Assembly (NCBI GenBank): GCA_951406725.2
Contig: OX597816.1
Coordinates: 47,864,001 to 47,928,000, forward strand
Direction of reading: 5' to 3'
Source: Octopus vulgaris
Taxonomy: Eukaryota
DNA length: 64,000 nt
Part shown: in pieces, positions 1-11,469 of the stretch
Layout: every line of letters starts with the position of its first letter
Numbering within the stretch: position 1 is the stretch's first letter
Translations under genes and position numbers: made by a program
The notes under the pieces: model-generated
Databases searched by the model: none
Told to the model about the DNA's origin: nothing
Seen by the model: the letters and a program-made list of their open reading frames with translations, nothing else

Positions 1-301
1 CTCCAACATCGAATGGTGTATTCTTGACAGACCCCACTCTTTGCTCACCCAGCACTTGTAACTGCCTGCTCTGCTTCCATGAGAAGCTGTGTACTCATCA
101 CTAAGGAGAATGAGCTATCTTATTGTTCTACACACTCCACATGTCTGTGAAACTTTTAGTAATGTAGAGCTGTATCACTGCAATCATGTATGTGTGTGTG
201 TGTGTGTGTGTGTATGTGTGTATGTGCATGGTTGTTTCTGTGCCTGTATAACTGCAGACATACATATATATATATATATATATATGTATGTAAGTATGTA
301 T

Positions 302-416
302 AGGCTCAAAACGTAAAAGACTTGTTCTGTTTCTATTCCTGAGCGCCATACTAATATGATTGTTTGTTTGTACTCCACCTGCCTTTGTCTTTTGTTTATT
401 TTCGTAAACCTTCCCG

Positions 417-418
<2 letters not shown>
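302..418 (+). mobile_element. 3' tail of HHR-bearing Penelope-like mini-element (same family as 33601-33709 and 53196-53390)
   Basis: Starts with GGCTCAAAACGTAAAAGAC, the 3' half of the ribozyme seen whole at 53289-53324. Shares the CACCTG..TCTTTTGTTT..GTAAA tail and ends in (TA)n. Confidence 0.6.
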
Positions 419-491
<73 letters not shown>

Positions 492-521
492 TGTATGTAT
501 GCATGTATGTATGTATGTATG

Positions 522-570
<49 letters not shown>

Positions 571-571
<1 letters not shown>

Positions 572-1132
572 AATTAAGGACTGAACACGAAAAGTGGACA
601 GTCAACATGCTAGATGTAGATGTCAAATCGCCATTCTCCACAAAAAGTCTATGTTCTCAGATCAAACTCAACACAAAACCAAAGCAATAAACAAGTGAAA
701 AATATACGAAATAAATATTTACCCATGTACTAAATTTAGTTTCGGTTGCACTTTTCCTTGCGGAAAATAACAACCGAAACTAAATTTAGTACATGGGTAA
801 ATATTTATTTCGTATATTTTTCACTTGTTTATTGCTTTGGTTTTGTGTTGAGTTTGATCTGAGAACATAGACTTTTTGTGGAGAATGGCGATTTGACATC
901 TACATCTAGCATGTTGACTGTCCACTTTTCTATTTTCTTTAATTCGATGTTCAGTCCTTTTAATTTATTAAATATTTGTCTTAACGATATTAGTAACAAT
1001 TGGTATATATAAATATTTTAATCTTCGGATTCTTTCTTTAATATGCTAGACCACTGGTTCTAATTGATAAATATCAATTTTCACTTGTTTGCTTTTTTTG
1101 TGTTGAGTTTGATCTACCCATTTGCGTAAATT

Positions 1133-1140
<8 letters not shown>
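571..1140. mobile_element. Fold-back Penelope-like pLTR cassette in (TA)n with a 160 bp perfect inverted repeat
   Basis: Arms 589-748 and 771-930 are reverse complements around a 22 nt loop. The right arm begins with the HHR 3' half CC-GAAA-CTAAATTTAG-TA. (TA)n flanks both sides. Confidence 0.75.
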
Positions 1141-1183
<43 letters not shown>

Positions 1184-1701
1184 CAGTCAACCAGTTTCCA
1201 GGTGAGTAAAAATGTTAGTTCAGTGGAGATTATTAAATTATTTGGTTAGTAATTTGATTTAAGGTTATAAGTTATTAAGGCTGTTTGAGTTGTATTTTCT
1301 CCACTATAGGATATGGTTCAATCAACAGTCATATATGATGTAGAATATGTGTTTATTTAGACATTAAGTGTTCACAGTTAGTTAGTATTTGTTATTTTTT
1401 GGCTTTTTTGTTTTGAATATGTTCATGGTACATGGCAGTATTTGTGATTATAACGTATCTATATTGATTAGTTTAGTTTATACCGTTCACATTTATTTAT
1501 TCTTTAGTTTATTCTTTATAGGTGTTACTTATTATCGATTGGATTGTTGATTGACCTGGATGATTATTGATTTTGTAATTTATTTAATTGAATATTTGTT
1601 TGTATTAAAATGTATTAATGTTATAGGTGATTAAATTAGTAATTATGATCCAGGTGTAAACTGTTAGGTTGTACAGTCTCAGGCAGTGTTAAATTATGTG
1701 T

Positions 1702-1895
1702 TTCTAAGGCTGTTTTTTACTGGTGAAAGTAGTGATCCTGCCTCTAGGTGTCGAAATCACATTGATACCCATTAGGCAGCTGAGGAGGGAACTTCCAGTT
1801 TTCTTAAGTTTATTCCTTCACTAGTTATGTTTTTAAGGTTAGATAAGAGGTGTGACTTATTAATTTAATGATATAGGATAAATGTTACATACTTA

Positions 1896-1962
<67 letters not shown>

Positions 1963-2451
1963 TTATCTATCTATCTCTATATGTATACACACACACACAC
2001 ACTCACATACACACACATGCACACACACACAAATATATAAATAAATAGAAGAGGAGCCAAAGTTCAAAGTGTAAGAAGAAGGTTAGCTTCAAGTAATCTG
2101 TAGTAAATATAAAAAGCAACTTTCATCTCAATAAATCACATAAAACACTATTGTTCCATGGGAACAATAGTGTTTTATGTGGTTTATTGAGATGAAAGGT
2201 TGTGGATTTTTTCTTATTGAAGTACAATAAATTGCAAAAAGTTGAGGCTTAACAATATGTTCCAAATTCCACTCTTATAACTAGTGCAGTGCAATGCTGG
2301 ACATCATACCACAAGGTTGGCTACTATATTCTAAGGTTGTTTTTTACTGGTGAAAGTAGTGATCCTGCCTCTAGGTGTCGAAATCACATTGATACCCATT
2401 AGGCAGCTGAGGAGGGAACTTCCAGTTTTCTTAAGTTTATTCCTTCACTAG
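1702..2451 (+). repeat. ~122 bp direct repeat (1702-1823 and 2329-2451) carrying a CTGAGGA hammerhead-like core, with a palindrome at 2117-2202 between the copies
   Basis: The two copies are near-identical. The palindrome CTTTCATCTCAATAAA...TTTATTGAGATGAAAG is read directly. Confidence 0.85.
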
Positions 2452-2589
2452 CCTATCCCGTGGTTTGATTATTTGAATACTAAATATACCACCACCACCA
2501 CAACCATCATCATCATCATTTAATGTCACCTTACCATGCTGCCATAGGTTGGATGGTTTAAAAGGAGCTGGCAATTCAGATGACCTGAG

Positions 2590-3245
2590 TGGAGGTGCGT
2601 GGCTTAGTGGTTAAGATGTTGGACTCATGATCGTAAGATTGTGGTTCAAAATCCTGGAATGGGTGATGTGTTGTGTTATTGAACAAAACACTTCAATTCA
2701 TGTTGCTCCAATCCAGTCAGCTGCCAAACTTTAGGCGCAGGAGTGGCTATGTGGTAAGTAGCTTGGTTACCAACCACATGGTTCCGGGTTCAGTTCCACT
2801 GTGTGGCACCTTAGGCAAGTGTTTTCTACTGTAGGCTTGGGCCGCCAAAGCCTTGTGAGTGGATTTGGCTGATGGAAACTGAAAGAAGCTCGCCGTATAT
2901 ATGTATATCTATGTGTCTGTATATGTTGTGTATCTGTGTTTGTTCCCCAAACATCGCTTGACAACCAATGCTGGTATGTTTAGGTCCCTGTAACGTAGCG
3001 GTTCGGAAAAAGAGACACATAGAATAAGTACTAGGCTTACGGAGAATAAGTCCTGGAGTTGATTTGATTCAACTAAAGGTGGTGCTCCAGCATGGCCACA
3101 GTCAAATGACTGAAAAAAGTAAAAGAATAAAAGAATAATCCTATGACAAACCGGTGTTCCATCTGGGTGGGGAATATATATGTCACGAAACTGGTAAACC
3201 GGCCCTTATGAGTCAGTATGACTCATGAAGGTGACTTTACCTTAC
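2590..3245 (+). mobile_element. tRNA-derived SINE (family C) with a family A SINE nested at 2732-3135
   Basis: A-box TGGCTTAGTGG and B-box-like GGTTCAAAATCC. The nested copy has AGGCGCAGGAGTGGCT..GGTTCAGTTCC and a GGTGCTCCAGCATGGCC tail, matching 59731-60138. Confidence 0.8.
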
Positions 3246-3286
3246 ATCTGAAGACAGAAGACTGTGCCATGCTCTGGTACGGTTTG

Positions 3287-3830
3287 TTATTTCTTTATTG
3301 CCCACAAGGGGCTAAACATAGATGGGACAAATAAGGACAGACAAAGGGATTAAGTCAATTACATCGACCCCAGTGCATAAGTAGTACTTAATTTATTAAC
3401 CCCGAAAGGATGAAAAGCAAAGTTGACCTCAGTGGAATTTGAAATCAGAATGTAAAGGCAGATAAAATACTGCAAAGCATTTTGCCCGGTGTGCCAACGT
3501 TTATTATTTCCTTATTGCCCACAAGGGGCTAAACATAGAGGGGACAAATAAGGACAAACAAAGGGATTAAGTCAAAGATATTGACCCCAGTGCATAACTG
3601 GTACTTAATTTATCGACCCCAAAAGGATGAAAGGCAAAGTCAACCTTGGTGGAATTTGAACTCAGAACATAACGGCAGACGAAATACTGCTAAGCATTTT
3701 GCCTGGCGTGCTAACATTTCTTATTTCTTTATTGCTCACAAGGGGCTAAACATAGAGGGGACAAACAAAGACAGACAAAGGGATTAAGCATTTCGTCTGG
3801 TGTGCTAGTGTTTCTACCAGCTTGCCGCCT
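3287..3830 (-). mobile_element. Tandem array of family B SINE units
   Basis: Repeats of TTTCTTTATTGCCCACAAGGGGCTAAAC...GAATTTGAACTCAGAA, the reverse complement of the SINE at 63262-63494. Confidence 0.85.
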
Positions 3831-3881
3831 TCTAAATGTATATCTGTATATGTAAACATCATGTGCATAATATTATATATT

Positions 3882-3987
<106 letters not shown>

Positions 3988-4083
3988 CTAGCTAGCTAGC
4001 TAGATAGATAGATAGATAGATTACAAAATCTATAACAAAATTTTAAAATGTATAAATTCAGGTCCATTTTCAAACCCTAAAAC

Positions 4084-4125
<42 letters not shown>

Positions 4126-5271
4126 TATTTATACACATATGTACACACACAAACACACATACACACACACACTCACAGGTAGACACACACATATAATATA
4201 TGAAGTCCAGCATACACCAGCATAACAAACAGCCATTAAATGATGATGATGATGATGATAGTGATGAAGATGATGATGGTGATGACGATGATGATGATTT
4301 ATATAATATATGATACATATATCTGTATGTAATTATATATGTATGTATGTATGTACGTATATATATTTTTCATGTATGTATGCATGTACGTATATAGGTT
4401 GGTAGGTAGGAAGGTAGTTAGGTAGGTAGGCAGATCGGTAGGTAGGTCGGTAGGTAGGTAGATAGGTAGGTAGGCAGGTAGGTTGGTAACTAGGTAGATA
4501 GGTATGCATTGCAAAATTTATAGATGCCAAAGACAGTTCCAATCAATAGTTAGAATGACTGACTATATAGAAAGAGTAAGCTACTTTAACGGATAGATAC
4601 ACAGAAATTGACCTTAGAATTTCAGTCCATTAACGGAATCATCAAAATATGTTAGAATTTTCAGATACATCATGGCTTTTATTGCTGTTGGAGCTTCATC
4701 TGTATAAACGTTCTCACTCACTTTTAGTAGTCCATTTATAGACTTTTGCAGAACACTAAAATAACTATATTATGCTACATTGCATTATATTATTTAAATA
4801 TTAAATTACATTATGTGCAAGAAGGCCATTTTTACTCTGAAATGTAAACAATGCAAAAAATAGTCGCATTGTATAAAAGTGTGTTTGTGTAGTGCCAGGT
4901 AATTTAGTACATCGGTAAATATGCAATAAATTGAATATGTAGAGTTTGTTGTCTGATTTTCCATTCTTAGTCTTGATCCCAGTTTAAAGAAATTTTCTAA
5001 CTTCATTAAATTTTTGTTTATAAGCTAATTATGATGGCCATAGTTTTGCATTTATCTTTTAAAACTGGAAGGATTTATATGTACTCTAAGTAACCTTGGC
5101 TAGATAAAGCCATTGCTATATAAATCATTATAGTCTGTTAATTCTTATATTCTGTATGTATGTATGTGGGTGTGTGTCTGTGTGTATGCATTTGTGTGTG
5201 TATGTGTGTGTATGTGTATATGTGTGTGTATTTATGTGTCTATGTATGTATATGTATGTGTGTATGTGCGT

Positions 5272-5930
5272 CTCCTCTATTTTTTAATGATTATAAATCT
5301 TCCACTGAGGAGAGACCTGGTTTCCAACAAAGATACAAAGCTCCATCTTTGGGATGTAGTTAACACAGGCAAATTCACATTTGGAACTTGAGAAAAGTCT
5401 TGCATATTTTTATTGTTCCACTCACAGATTGCACTTGTAATGTACGAATTGGCCAGTCAATTTCTCTATCTGAAAATTCCAGTTTATTCAGATACTCCTT
5501 TAAGCATTTACTAACAAAACCTAATGCTCCAGTTATTATTGGTATGAATCTGATTTCATAGTCTGGATATAGAAGCTGGAGGTTTCAAACAAGTTGTCCA
5601 TAGATATCCTCTTTTCCTTTGATTTTCGAAGAGATGTTTACATCTGCAGGGCAGCTGACTTCAATGAAGGTACATATCTTTGCCCCTCCGTCCCAAACAA
5701 CAATATTTGGCTTGTTATGTTTACATTTGACAGACGTTTTGATGGGAATATTCCAACAGTATTCCTTGAATTGGTGTTTATGAATTTATTCCATAACAGA
5801 AGGATTTTCTAACTTTAATTCAGAGCAGTCTTTTTTTGCAGATGGCATTGTAAATTGTTTTAGCAACAACATCATGCTGCATAGGAAGGTTGTACCTTGA
5901 CGACATTTTAAGACAGCGGCTAATCGCAGG
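5272..5930 (-). mobile_element. 5'-truncated R4/Dong-clade non-LTR retrotransposon (RLE endonuclease end), decayed
   Basis: Minus-strand translation gives CLKMSSRYNLPMQHDVVAK, then KHNKPNIVVWD..TFIEVSCP, then KEDIYGQL and IPIITGALG. Homologous to 37597-38448. The 5' end abuts (CATA)n. Confidence 0.8.
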
Positions 5931-6235
5931 TATGTATGTATGTCACTATTCAGTTTTATTTCAAGATTTCTTGCCAATAGAGAAAAATTTGGTTTCTAAC
6001 CTAGATTCAAGGTCATCATCATCATCATCATCATTTAATGTCTGCTTTCCATGCTGGCATGGGTTAATGGTTTGACTGAAAATTAGTAAGCTGGAGAGCC
6101 ACTCCAAGTTCCAATCTGATTTGACATGGTTTCTACAGCTGGAATTTCAACAACATCAATAGGGTATTTTTGTATGTACATATGTATATGTGCAGATCTG
6201 TATGTTTTGTTTTATGCATGTATTCTCGTGCATAC
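5931..6235 (-). mobile_element. 3' UTR of the 37597-39187 R4 family, interrupted by a SINE tail (6013-6140)
   Basis: Reverse complement matches 38480-38530 and 39060-39187 (AAAAATACCCT, TCTCTATTGGCAAGAAATCTTGAAATAAAACTGAATA). Confidence 0.75.
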
Positions 6236-6481
6236 AGGGGAATGTTGATTATACTGATCCCAATGCTCAACCAACAGGTACTTATCTTATTAACTCTGAA
6301 TAGATGAAAGGCAAATTCAACTGTTGAGGTTGAATTTGCCTTTAATTTTATGGTTAATTAATTAACCATGGTTAATTTTATTAACCATAGCAATTAGTCT
6401 ACCTCACCATCTTTTTGATCATCACATGACCCACTTTATGAAAATCACTGGTCTAGAGGAGGAGGCTGTGAACTGAGCTTC

Positions 6482-7760
6482 ATAGGCTCTCCATAAATAT
6501 TGCAGTTTTTCCAATTGCATGAACTAAAAGTCATAGGGTGATGGAATAAACGACCTGCATCAACTTGCTATAAAAGCAGGTAGTAATTTTACCTTATACT
6601 TATTCTTAGTGCAAGTTTTGAAGAGTGTAGTTCAATTTTAACAGTTATTTTCTCAAAGCTATATTGGAAGTGACAAAGTAACATATTTGGCATATTTCAC
6701 TTTTTGAGTTCAATAAAGACAACAACGCAATAGAAAGTGCAAGGAATATTAATGCAATATATGGGGATCGGACAATAAGTATAAGCCTGTGTCAACAGTG
6801 GTTTCAGAAATTCCGAACTGGAGACTACAGCCTAGAAGACGAGCCTCATCCTGGAAGATCTGTAGAGTGCAATGAGGACATCCTGCAAACCCTAGTGGAA
6901 CAAAATCCCATCATAACTGTTGAGGAACTAGCAGAGAAGCTTGGATATGGTCATTCAACCATTCATCAACACCTGCATATAATCAGAAAAGTCAGTAAAC
7001 TGGCTCAATGGGTTTCTCACAAACTTTCTGAGTCTAATCGCATGCAGAGAGTGAATGTATCTTCTTCTTTGCTGTCACATCTCACGAATGAACCTCTTTT
7101 GGACTGAATAGTGACTGGTGATGAGAAATGGATTCTCTATAAAAAAGTCAAGACCGGGTAGGGAAATGAGAAACACTTGCACCACAGGCTAAAGAAGGTC
7201 TTCACACACGTAAGGTCTTGTTATCTGTTTGGTGGGATATGAAAGGTTTAGTCTACTTTGAACTTTTAAACCCAAACCAAAGGATAACAAAGGAGATCTA
7301 CTGCCAGCAGCTTGAGCAGCTTAAGTCAGTACTAGAAGGAAAACAAACATCTTTGGTTTCAAGATGAAAGGTGTTTTCCCATCAGGATAATGTTTGGCTA
7401 CATACAACGGGAATGACATTCCAAAGGCTGAAACAGTTTGAATGGGAAACGATACCCCACCCACAATATTTGCCAGACATTACCACATTTGATTATCATT
7501 TATTTCAATGTCTTCAAAATCAGTTGGATGGAAAAAATATGATTTCTGTAGATAAGGTCAGAACAGTACTGGAGAAGTATTTTTCATCACAGGCAAGTGA
7601 ATTTTGGAAGAAGGGCCTTGCAAATCTAAAAAATTGATGGAAGAGCATTGTAGAAAATGAAGGAAACTGTATTTTAGATTAAAGAAGAACTTTGTTTAAC
7701 TTAATTTTGAAAAATAAAAGAAGTATAAAAAAACTGCATTATTTGTGGAATGACCCAATA
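6482..7760 (+). mobile_element. Decayed mariner DNA transposon; transposase pseudogene ~6665-7683
   Basis: Motifs WVSHKL (WVPHEL-like), TGDEKW, HQDNV and YLPDITTFDYHLF, with several stops. Degenerate TIRs CCATAAATATTGCAGTTTTT and AAAAACTGCATTATTTGTGG. Confidence 0.92.
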
Positions 7761-7761
7761 T

Positions 7762-8287
7762 ATAGGTGCAGACACGGCTGTGTGGTAAGAAGCTCACTTC
7801 CTAACCACATGGTTCTAGGTTCAGTCCTTCTGCGGGACACCTTTGGCAAATGTCTTCTACTATAACCTTGGGCCGATCAAAGCCTTGTGAGCGGATTTGG
7901 TAGATGGAAACTGAAAGAAGCCTATCATATATTGTGTCTTGCTCAACACTGATATGTCCCGCATTACAACAACGTACTTCATCATCTGTGTGACTGGCCT
8001 GAATGGCGTACCTTGCCAACTGACACCACTTGTTGTGTCTGCTACTATTTATTTGTAGTGGAACAGCCTACTTCTCTCACTCAGGTGTGTCCTTCAGAAT
8101 ACCTCCCCTTTTGAGATTTTTGTTTTCTTCACACAACATTATTATATATTTTGTTTTTTTCCTATTCCATTTCTTTTTCTTCCACACACAGAATCTTTTT
8201 TTCCAGAATGCCCCAGGTAGTACTAGCTCTACATTCTTACCAGTAGTACTTCAAATATATTAGTGACCTGACTGAAATCCTTCAATG

Positions 8288-8326
<39 letters not shown>

Positions 8327-8855
8327 TATTATTTTTCTTTATTCTTCTTTACACACCATTATTATATTTTTTTTTTTCATATTCCAGTTTTTCCTTTCAC
8401 TCACAGAATTTCTTTCTCCAGAATGCCCCAGGTAGTACCAGCTCTACATTCTTACCAGCAGCACTTACAAACACATAGCAACCTGACTGGAATACTTCAA
8501 ACAGACTTATATTATTTTTTTTTTCTGTATCACACTATTGTGGAGTGCATGAAATTAGAATCCTCATCCCCTCTTTTACAAAGTGAGAGGACTTTTAATA
8601 TTTTCCACTACGTGTTGTTCAAATCCTTCTTCAACAGATTTTAAATATTTTCCACTGTGTGTCATTTGAATCCTCGTCACCACTGTTGTATCTTGCTCAA
8701 CACTAATATGTCCTGCATTATAACAATGTACCGCATTGACTGCATGACTGGCACGAACAGTGTACTTCACCAACTGACACCACATGTTGTGTCTGTCCAC
8801 TGTGTATTTGTAGCGGAACAGCCAACTGCTCTTACTCGGGGATGTCCTCGACAAC

Positions 8856-8899
<44 letters not shown>

Positions 8900-9135
8900 G
8901 TGTGTGTGTGTGTGTATTTTTGTCTATGTCTGTACCTTCACCATCACTTGACAACCAATGTTGGTTTCTTCACGTTCTTGTAACTTAGTAGTTCAGCAAA
9001 AGGGACCAATACAATAAGTACTAAGCTTACAAAGAATAAATCTTGGGGTCGATTTCTTTGACTAAAAAAATCCTTAAAGGTAGTGCTTTAGTATGGCCAC
9101 AGTCAAACGACTAAAACAAGTAAAAGAATAAAAAA
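7762..9135 (+). mobile_element. Family A SINE split by an LTR element (head 7762-7929, tail ~8900-9135)
   Basis: Head and tail are colinear with the uninterrupted copy at 59731-60138. Confidence 0.8.
7930..8856 (-). mobile_element. Miniature non-autonomous LTR retrotransposon (TRIM-like, Gypsy-type PBS)
   Basis: Diverged ~172 bp direct repeats at 8684-8856 (TGTTGT...ACAACA) and 7930-8101. On the minus strand, PBS TGGTGACGAGGA (8682-8671) lies 1 nt after the 5' LTR and PPT AAAAGGGGAGG (8112-8102) abuts the 3' LTR. Confidence 0.8.
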
Positions 9136-9156
9136 ATATATACACACACACATATA

Positions 9157-9522
9157 TCATCATCATCATCATCATCATCATCATCGTTTAATGTCCATTT
9201 TTCATGCTGGTATGGGTTGAACAGCTTGACTGAGGTCTGGAAAGCCAGTGGCTGCAGCAGGATCCAATCTGATCTGGCAATGTTTCTACAGCTGGATGCC
9301 CTTTTGAACGTCAACCTTGCTGAGAGTGTAGTGGGTGCTTTTACATGCCATTGGTACAGAGCCAGTCAGGTGGCCCTTGCATTGATCACATTCAGATGGT
9401 GCTTTTTATATGTCACTGACACGGGAGCCAGTCAGGGGCCACTGGCATCAACCATATTCGGATGGTGCTTTTTACATGCCTCCGGCATGGGTGCCAGTCA
9501 GGCTGACCTGGCATTGACCACG
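9157..9522 (-). mobile_element. SINE (family D) with (ATG)n tail; other copies at 13490-13760, 24747-24895, 40300-40500, 47010-47215 and 51019-51460
   Basis: Shared CATGCTRGYATGGGTTG..TTTCTACAGCTGGATGCCC block next to (CAT)n. Confidence 0.75.
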
Positions 9523-9579
9523 ATATATGTGTATATAAGTATATATATGTATGTATATATATATATATATATATATATA

Positions 9580-9803
9580 CTTTATTTAAAGCAGCAGAAA
9601 ATTCAACAAAAACTTACTCTGAGTTTCACGTTGCCGTTCATCGGACAGTTTTTGCTAGCAAAAACTGTCCGATGAACGGCTACGTGAAACTCAGAGTAAC
9701 AGGTTTTGTTGAATTTTCTGCTGCTTTAAATAAAGCATATTACTCTACCACTGGTATTTGAGTACTCTTTTTCCACCTTGTTTCACATTTATGTGTTTAC
9801 TCC

Positions 9804-9805
<2 letters not shown>
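9580..9805 (+). mobile_element. Fold-back HHR mini-element in (TA)n
   Basis: Inverted repeat 9580-9735 centred on GCTAGC (9654-9659), a 70 bp unique tail, and (TA)n on both sides. Confidence 0.8.
9665..9702 (+). ncRNA. Minimal type I hammerhead ribozyme (CCGAUGA core variant)
   Basis: CTGT-CCGATGA-ACG(GCTA)CGT-GAAA-CTC(A)GAG-TA-ACAG; all three stems pair. Confidence 0.8.
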
Positions 9806-9842
<37 letters not shown>

Positions 9843-10254
9843 GTATGTATATAGCCGTGCCGATGGCACTAAAAATCCATCATTCAAACATGATCGTTAA
9901 AGGATGATGATGATGATGATGATGATGATATATATGTGTGTGTGTATGATGTATATGTGTTTGTGTGTGCATGTGTGTGTAATCTTGTCTTCCTATCTCT
10001 GTCTTGACAGCCTTTATGTCCTTCATAAAAACAATATTGCTGTAATGAGGTTGTCGTCGTTTATGTCAGCCACTAAACAGGCGAAGTCATCAAGCAATTC
10101 CCTTACTGGAAACTATCCAAGGTACTAATTCTAGTAATTTAGGGGAATGAGTAGTTTACTTGGATACAAATACGGTTTGGCAAAAGGAAGGGCAACTAGC
10201 TTATAGGAAAACTACCTCAGTAATTCTCATCTAACTCATGCAGCCATGAAAAAG

Positions 10255-10700
10255 AAGATGTGAAAATAATGATGCGGATGGTGACAATGATGATGATGAT
10301 GATGATTGTGATGATGCTGAAGGAGAAGTGGAGAATGATGATGATGATGATGATGATGATAATGAAGTCAATGATTGTAGTGGTGATAGTGGTGGTGGTG
10401 GTGATGACAATGATAATGATGAGGATGATGATGATGATGATGATGAGGAGGAGGAGGAGGAGGAGGAGAAGGACAATGAAGTCAATGATGGTGGTGGTAG
10501 TTGTGACGATGACGATGATGAGGAGGATGCGGAAGAGTAGGGAGAGGAGGGAGAAGAAGGGAGGAGGGAGAAAGGGAGAGGAGGGAGAAGATGGGAGGAG
10601 GAAGAAGGGGTGGAAAAAGAAGATACAAATATGCATGTGTGTATGTGTATGTGTGTGTATGTGTGTGTGTGCACGTGTGTGTGCACGTGTATGTGTGCAG
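10255..10700. repeat. Compound (GAT)n/(GGT)n/(GAG)n/(GT)n microsatellite
   Basis: Read directly. Explains the low-complexity ORFs here. Confidence 0.95.
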
Positions 10701-11469
10701 TGGGGGCAATTGTTGAATTTCTCTACTTAGCTCTGCCTGGCCAGACCTTTAACACAGGGTTAGCTGTCTAAACGAATGTTTTGAATGCAGTCTTCAAGAC
10801 TCAAATTTTCAATCTATTTATTTGGAACTTTCACTCTGCGTTTAGTCGGTTTTATACATTCCGCCATGCTGCTGAGTTTGTATAATGGCATCCTTGATAT
10901 ATTGTGAATTGCATGTAGTATTGTATTATCCTCTTTATTCTCTAACGAGGGGCCTTGTCTAAAACATTTGTCTCACTACTTCATCTCAATTATCTCGAAA
11001 GATTTCTTATTTTTATTGTAATGCAGCAAGTATTGGTCTGCTAATTCTGCTGATTATCCTTATTTTATTATTTGATTTGTTATTCCATTAAGAGTTGTGT
11101 GTGTGTGTGTGTGTGTGTGGATTTGTGCATATCTGTATCTGTGCATGTGCCAAGAGCTTTGTTGAGGTCATGTGCTGTGCTGTGCTGAAACCGTCCTGTA
11201 AGTTTGGAGAAAGAAGAAAAAAGAGGGAAGAATTTCGTTCTGTTATATTCTTCTTTGAATAATAACACTCAACAAAGAAGAAATCTTCGATTTTTTTTTT
11301 TTTTTTTTTTTCCCTTTTACTCTGGGGGGTAAGTAATACCCATCCCATGACACTACATAGGGCCTCTGAGACTGGAGAAGTGAGTAACCATGTGCATAAA
11401 GGTATCCTCAAACTAGAGCTTGTAACAGAGTGGGCTCTGCAAAAAGACTCCAAGGTGCCAGAAGACAAT

